Shown here: positions 59,749 to 64,000 of the stretch, one piece after another
How the letters are laid out: each line of letters starts with the position of its first letter
How positions within the stretch are numbered: the first letter of the stretch is position 1
Origin: Dehalococcoidia bacterium
Lineage (GTDB): Bacteria; Chloroflexota; Dehalococcoidia; Lucifugimonadales; UBA3495
DNA: 64,000 nt
Reading direction: 5' to 3'
Assembly (NCBI GenBank): GCA_965221295.1
Contig: OZ244879.1
Span: 2,897,603-2,961,602, forward strand
Notes under the pieces: generated by a model
What the model was told of the DNA's origin: nothing
Database searches by the model: none
The model's input: only the letters and a program-made list of their open reading frames with translations
Program-made: the position numbers and the translations under genes

Positions 59749-61188
59749 ATGTCCATCAGTTCCGTTCATTCCCAGGAGCGCGGGAATGGAGCTCCCACAA
59801 ACCATCACTCCATATCTGGTACGGTGGCGATAGATACCCACGGCTGCAAGTTGAATCAGGCCGACAGCGCGACGCTGGCTCGCCAATTCCTCAACGCCGG
59901 CTATCGGACCGTAGATGACCACTCCGATGCCGACATCATCATAATCAACACCTGCACGGTAACCGCCGACGCCGACGCCAAAGCCCGCCAGGCCCTGCGC
60001 GCCGCCCGTCGAGACAACCCAAACGCCATCGTGGTCGCCGCCGGGTGTTATCCGCAACGCGCCGCCGACGAGATACGCCGGATGCCGGAAGTTTCCCTGG
60101 TGGTCGGCAACGCCGAAAAGCCGGAACTGGCCGAATTAGCCATCGCCAGATTGGCGACGGAACGTACGGGCGGCGTTCAGCCTCATCCGCAGCGACCTTG
60201 GCCATCAATGGACGGCAGGGGCATACTGCGTCGCAGCCGGGTGATGGTCAAAATCCAGGAGGGCTGCGATCAGGTTTGCGCGTACTGCATCGTGCCCAAG
60301 GTGCGCGGTCGAGAGCGCAGCATTCCGACGGGGCAACTGGTGGCGACCGTGCGGGAACATGTCGCGGCCGGGTTCAAAGAGGTCGCGTTGACCGGCACCC
60401 AATTGGGGACTTACGGGTTCGACCTCGACGGGGAAAACTTGGCGCGGCTGTTGGCTACGCTGTTGGAAAAAACGACGGTCCCTCGGTTGCGGGTATCCTC
60501 GCTCCAGGCCCACGAAATCGGGCCCGGATTGTTGGAGTTGTGGCGGGACCGGAGGCTCTGCCCGCATTTCCATGTCCCTCTGCAAAGCGGGTGTAACGCC
60601 ACGCTGGCATCCATGCGCCGCCGGTATGATACCGGCGCCTTCCGGCGCGCTGTCGATCTGATTCGCGAGGCCGTGCCCGACGCCAGCGTCACCACCGATG
60701 TCATCGTGGGATTCCCCGGCGAGGACGAACGCGCCCACGCCAGCAGTTTGGCCTTCGCGGCCACAGTCGGCTTCGCTGATATGCACGTCTTCCGGTACTC
60801 ACAACGACCCGGCACCACGGCTGCCCACTTGCCGCATCAGGTGAGCCCAGACGAGAAGCGCCGCCGCGCCGCCGAGATGTTAGCGGTGGCCGAACGAGGC
60901 TTCATCGACTATCGCAACGGCATGGTTGGCCAACGGCGATCAACGCTGTGGGAAACGGCGCGAGCCGTCGGGTGGCCTGAAGTCCAGGATCCAAGCCACG
61001 ATGCAGCATCAGGCGGGAATTCACAGCCAGCGCTGAGCTGGAGCGGCCTCACCGACAACTACGTCCGGGTGACTGCCATCAGCGCGCGGGACCTCAGGAA
61101 TCACATCACCGACGCCCAACTGGTCAAACTCGACGGCAAGTCGGTTGTGGCAACGATCCCGGACTACAGCTCCACCGGGCGCAGGTAA
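59749..61188 (+). CDS. mtaB: MiaB/RimO-family radical SAM methylthiotransferase (MtaB-like)
   Basis: UPF0004 domain IDTHGCKLNQADS...IIIINTCTVT, radical SAM IQEGCDQVCAYCIVP, and a TRAM-like C-terminus. The start is uncertain (ATG 59749 or GTG near 59824). Confidence 0.8.
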   Translation: MSISSVHSQERGNGAPTNHHSISGTVAIDTHGCKLNQADSATLARQFLNAGYRTVDDHSDADIIIINTCTVTADADAKARQALRAARRDNPNAIVVAAGCYPQRAADEIRRMPEVSLVVGNAEKPELAELAIARLATERTGGVQPHPQRPWPSMDGRGILRRSRVMVKIQEGCDQVCAYCIVPKVRGRERSIPTGQLVATVREHVAAGFKEVALTGTQLGTYGFDLDGENLARLLATLLEKTTVPRLRVSSLQAHEIGPGLLELWRDRRLCPHFHVPLQSGCNATLASMRRRYDTGAFRRAVDLIREAVPDASVTTDVIVGFPGEDERAHASSLAFAATVGFADMHVFRYSQRPGTTAAHLPHQVSPDEKRRRAAEMLAVAERGFIDYRNGMVGQRRSTLWETARAVGWPEVQDPSHDAASGGNSQPALSWSGLTDNYVRVTAISARDLRNHITDAQLVKLDGKSVVATIPDYSSTGRR

Positions 61189-62000
61189 GCCATGTCGTTG
61201 TCCTTGCCACGCTGCAAGTATCCGGCCCTGGTCTCGTTGCCGTGGGCGAATACCATCAGCCAGCCGCGTTTCTCGACGTCGGCCAAAATGTCCTGCTTTT
61301 GGTTCATGGTCGTTTCCGGTTCGTAGTCAAAGGACGATAGCGCCGTCGGCCACAGGTGATGCGGCGTGGGAACCAGATCGCCCAGGTACACAATGCGTTC
61401 TCCGCCGTGGCTGAACACCACGATCTGGTGGCCTTTGCAATGACCGTCGGCAACGATCAAATTCAGCCCAGGCAGCAATTCGCAGTCTCCGTCGATCAGT
61501 TCCAACTGCCCCCGTTCACCGATTGGGGCGAAGTCATCAGCCCGGAAAAGATCGGACTGCCGCAACGAGGGTTCCTGGGCGTCTTCCCACGCCGCCCGTT
61601 GCACATAGTAGGTCGCCTTGGGAAAGGATGGTACCATGTCTCCGGTCCGGTCCATGCGAGTCGCGCCGCCAGCGTGGCCAAAGTGCAGATGCGTAAGCAC
61701 CACGCCGTCGATGTCTCTGGCTCCCAGGCCCAATGCCTTCAGACTCCGCATTAGACGGCTGGGAACCAAGCCATACATTTCCTTGTCGCGAACGTTGTCC
61801 TTGGGGCCGACCCCGGTATCCACCAAAATGTTCTTGCCGCCGCATTGCAAAAGCATGCAGTTCAAGCCCATGGTTAGCCGGTTCTTTCGGTCGGTGGTGA
61901 CCAGATTCTCCCACATCATCCTTGGGATGCGGCCGAAAACCGCGCCGCAGTCGACCTTGAACACCCCGTCGCTGATTACCTTCACACCCGTTGCCAACAT
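61164..62000 (-). CDS. MBL-fold metallo-hydrolase
   Basis: NILVDTGVG and VVLTHLHFGHAGG (HxHxGH variant of HxHxDH). Strong RBS GGAAGGAAGGA. Confidence 0.75.
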   Translation of the reverse strand: MLATGVKVISDGVFKVDCGAVFGRIPRMMWENLVTTDRKNRLTMGLNCMLLQCGGKNILVDTGVGPKDNVRDKEMYGLVPSRLMRSLKALGLGARDIDGVVLTHLHFGHAGGATRMDRTGDMVPSFPKATYYVQRAAWEDAQEPSLRQSDLFRADDFAPIGERGQLELIDGDCELLPGLNLIVADGHCKGHQIVVFSHGGERIVYLGDLVPTPHHLWPTALSSFDYEPETTMNQKQDILADVEKRGWLMVFAHGNETRAGYLQRGKDNDMAYLRPVEL

Positions 62001-62246
62001 AGCAATTCCTTCCTTCCCTGTTTTCCAAGTCCGCTTACCCGACCCTGTTTACTGCACCCGCCATCTTTTGTCTGGAACGCCCGGCGTCGGGCTCCAGGGA
62101 GCAACGCATACTAGAGCGACTTCGAGAAACTTGGTCATCATTAGCGCGGCCCGGAACCGGGCCGCCTATACAATACAATCCCCCAAGCGTGGGCAGTCAA
62201 TACAAAAACGGCCAAATTGTCGTGATTTCATAAAAATTTACCAAAA

Positions 62247-63272
62247 ATGCCGACTCCGACGCGGTTTGCGCCGTTTGTCGCGCAGTTCCAAAACTCCCTC
62301 GCGCTTTCCGGCGTGTATTTCGCCAACATGAACCAGAACCCAAACGCCAAGCGGCCGGGCGGCGCTGGGCTGCGGCGCCGCATCTTCACGCTTCTGGAAC
62401 CGACGGCCTCAGATTCCGGGCGCCCAATGCCAATGCTAGGGGGCGCCAATCCGGCCTTCCTGGTCGAACTGAGTTTGGTAACGATCATCCTCTTCAACTC
62501 GGTTTCTCTGATCCTTTGGACGGTTCCCCGGTTCGCCGCTTCTTTCGCCCTGGGCTTCCACGTCATCGAGTATTGCACCGTTGCGGTGTTCCTGATGGAA
62601 TACGCTCTGCGCCTGTGGACCGCGCCAGAGGGATATGGCGACGACAACGCGTCAGATTGGCGCTGCCGTTGGCGTTTCGTCCGCTCTCCCAACGCCGTGA
62701 TAGATGCTGCGGCGTTGGCTCCATCTGCAATCGCCGTGATCGTCCTGCTGTCCAGCGGCGCTGGCCCCAGCCTGTCATTTCTCCTGACCGTTCGGCTCCT
62801 GACACGCACCGCCAAGCTGGCCCGGTACTTTCCCGCGGCGCGCAGATTGGGAACCGCGTTGCGACTGAAGGGCAGCCAACTGCTGACCACCGTAGCCGGA
62901 TTGCTGATCGCGTTGGTCATCGCGGCCACACTGATGTACTTCGCAGAAACCAAGGCTCAGCCAGAGGTTTTCCCCAGCATACCGGCCGCCATGTGGTGGA
63001 GCGTGGTGACGCTGACAACGGTGGGTTACGGAGACGCCGTGCCGGTGACCGGTCCCGGGCGCACCCTGGCCGCCATCATCGCAGTGCTGGGCATCGGCCT
63101 ATTTGCATTGCCCGCCGGGATTCTCAGCGCCGGTTTGGTGGAGACTGACGCCGCCGCCGGAGGGGGAGCTATACCACCACGGGACACCGCACAGTACGTG
63201 GGCGATCCTTGCCCACACTGCGGACAACCGATGTCCGCTGATCGCGAATCCCAACGGCCCAACGCCAATTAG
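62247..63272 (+). CDS. Voltage-gated-type potassium channel (ion transport protein, 6TM)
   Basis: S4-like LLTVRLLTRTAKLARYFPAARRLGTALRLKG and selectivity filter TLTTVGYGD. The start may be the internal ATG at 62328. Confidence 0.8.
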   Translation: MPTPTRFAPFVAQFQNSLALSGVYFANMNQNPNAKRPGGAGLRRRIFTLLEPTASDSGRPMPMLGGANPAFLVELSLVTIILFNSVSLILWTVPRFAASFALGFHVIEYCTVAVFLMEYALRLWTAPEGYGDDNASDWRCRWRFVRSPNAVIDAAALAPSAIAVIVLLSSGAGPSLSFLLTVRLLTRTAKLARYFPAARRLGTALRLKGSQLLTTVAGLLIALVIAATLMYFAETKAQPEVFPSIPAAMWWSVVTLTTVGYGDAVPVTGPGRTLAAIIAVLGIGLFALPAGILSAGLVETDAAAGGGAIPPRDTAQYVGDPCPHCGQPMSADRESQRPNAN

Positions 63273-64000
63273 AGGTCGGACAACTTTTCCTCCGCCGCCG
63301 CCAACCGCTGCAGGCACCGGTCACGACCCATCACTGCCATCATTTCAAACAGCGGAGGGGTCGCGGTGCGGCCCGTGATGGCGGTGCGCAACGCGCCGAA
63401 GAACTGCCGGCCCGACAAATCCAAATCCTTGCCTGCGGCCCTCAGCAACGATTCCAAGCGCTCGTAGTTGAAATCGGAGTCGTTGACCGCCGCAACGTCG
63501 TTGGCGGCTCGGCGCAGCGCCGCCAGCGTGGTCGGAGCGTCCATCCCGCGCTGCACGATGCTGGCCGCTTCGTACTCTAAGGAGTCTTCAAAGAAATACC
63601 TGAGCATCTCGGGCGCTTCAGCCAAGGTCTTGAGTCGTTCCTGGGCCAGTGGGACGATGCGCAACAGGTAGTCCGGTTCGATGGGCAGGAGATCATCGGG
63701 GTAGGCGCGCTCCAAAAACGGCACGATGCGATCTGCGAGGTCGCCAACATCCATTTGCCGAATGTACACGCCGTTCATCCACTGGAGCTTGTCCAGGTCA
63801 AATATGGCCGCCGGCTTGCCGACGCGCTCCAGCGTGAAATTGTCGCGGATGGTATCCACCGTCATCACGTCGGTTTCCCCATCCAGAGACCAGCCCAGGA
63901 GCGCCATGAAGTTGATCAAAGCCTCTGGTACAAAGCCGTCATCCCGGTACTCCATCAACGAGGTGGCGCCGTGCCTCTTGGACAGCTTGGCGCGGTCGGA
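63269..64000 (-). CDS. gltX: Glutamate--tRNA ligase, C-terminal part (5' end beyond window)
   Basis: The frame is open to nt 64000. KLSKRHGATSLMEYRDDGFVPEALINFMALLGWS (KMSKS-type loop) precedes the anticodon-binding domain. Confidence 0.9.
   Translation of the reverse strand, partial: SDRAKLSKRHGATSLMEYRDDGFVPEALINFMALLGWSLDGETDVMTVDTIRDNFTLERVGKPAAIFDLDKLQWMNGVYIRQMDVGDLADRIVPFLERAYPDDLLPIEPDYLLRIVPLAQERLKTLAEAPEMLRYFFEDSLEYEAASIVQRGMDAPTTLAALRRAANDVAAVNDSDFNYERLESLLRAAGKDLDLSGRQFFGALRTAITGRTATPPLFEMMAVMGRDRCLQRLAAAEEKLSDL

Overview
High-GC (low-to-mid 60s % by eye) bacterial chromosomal segment with about 55 protein genes and 2 tRNAs. There is no rRNA, CRISPR array, transposase or integrase. 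Housekeeping genes are rpoB, rpoC, hisS, argS, gltX (partial), hisF, hisIE, ribH, pyrD, an mtaB-like gene and a UvrD/PcrA helicase. They are interleaved with many paralogous catabolic enzymes: four family-III (CaiB/BaiF) CoA-transferases, five SDRs, two LLM/F420-type oxidoreductases, GMC, Gfo/Idh/MocA and DAO-type oxidoreductases, an amidase, and Zn- and Fe-alcohol dehydrogenases. Transporters are two MFS proteins and an ABC importer with no ATPase gene. The paralog expansion, an oversized rpoC and a Pro/Thr-linker lipoprotein suggest a monoderm Chloroflexota (SAR202-like) genome; this is inference only. The main candidate for a novel system is a translationally coupled ABC/SMC-type ATPase plus DUF4276 (TOPRIM-like) gene pair at 26398-28511. 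It has lower G+C and sits between a GH88/105-like gene and an MFS gene, with a PD-(D/E)xK-like ORF nearby. This is an OLD/PARIS/AbiL-like architecture that, to my knowledge, has not been characterised. Other signals: three intergenic arrays of a two-tier hairpin repeat (about 1.3 kb in total); a 1-nt frameshift in an AtzE/GatA-like amidase that has a GatC/AtzG-like small partner; a PhnZ-like HD protein coupled to an SDR; large lineage-specific insertions in rpoB and rpoC; and a 56-aa membrane ORF missing from the ORF track. All functional calls come from reading the translated ORFs for motifs. No database search was run.
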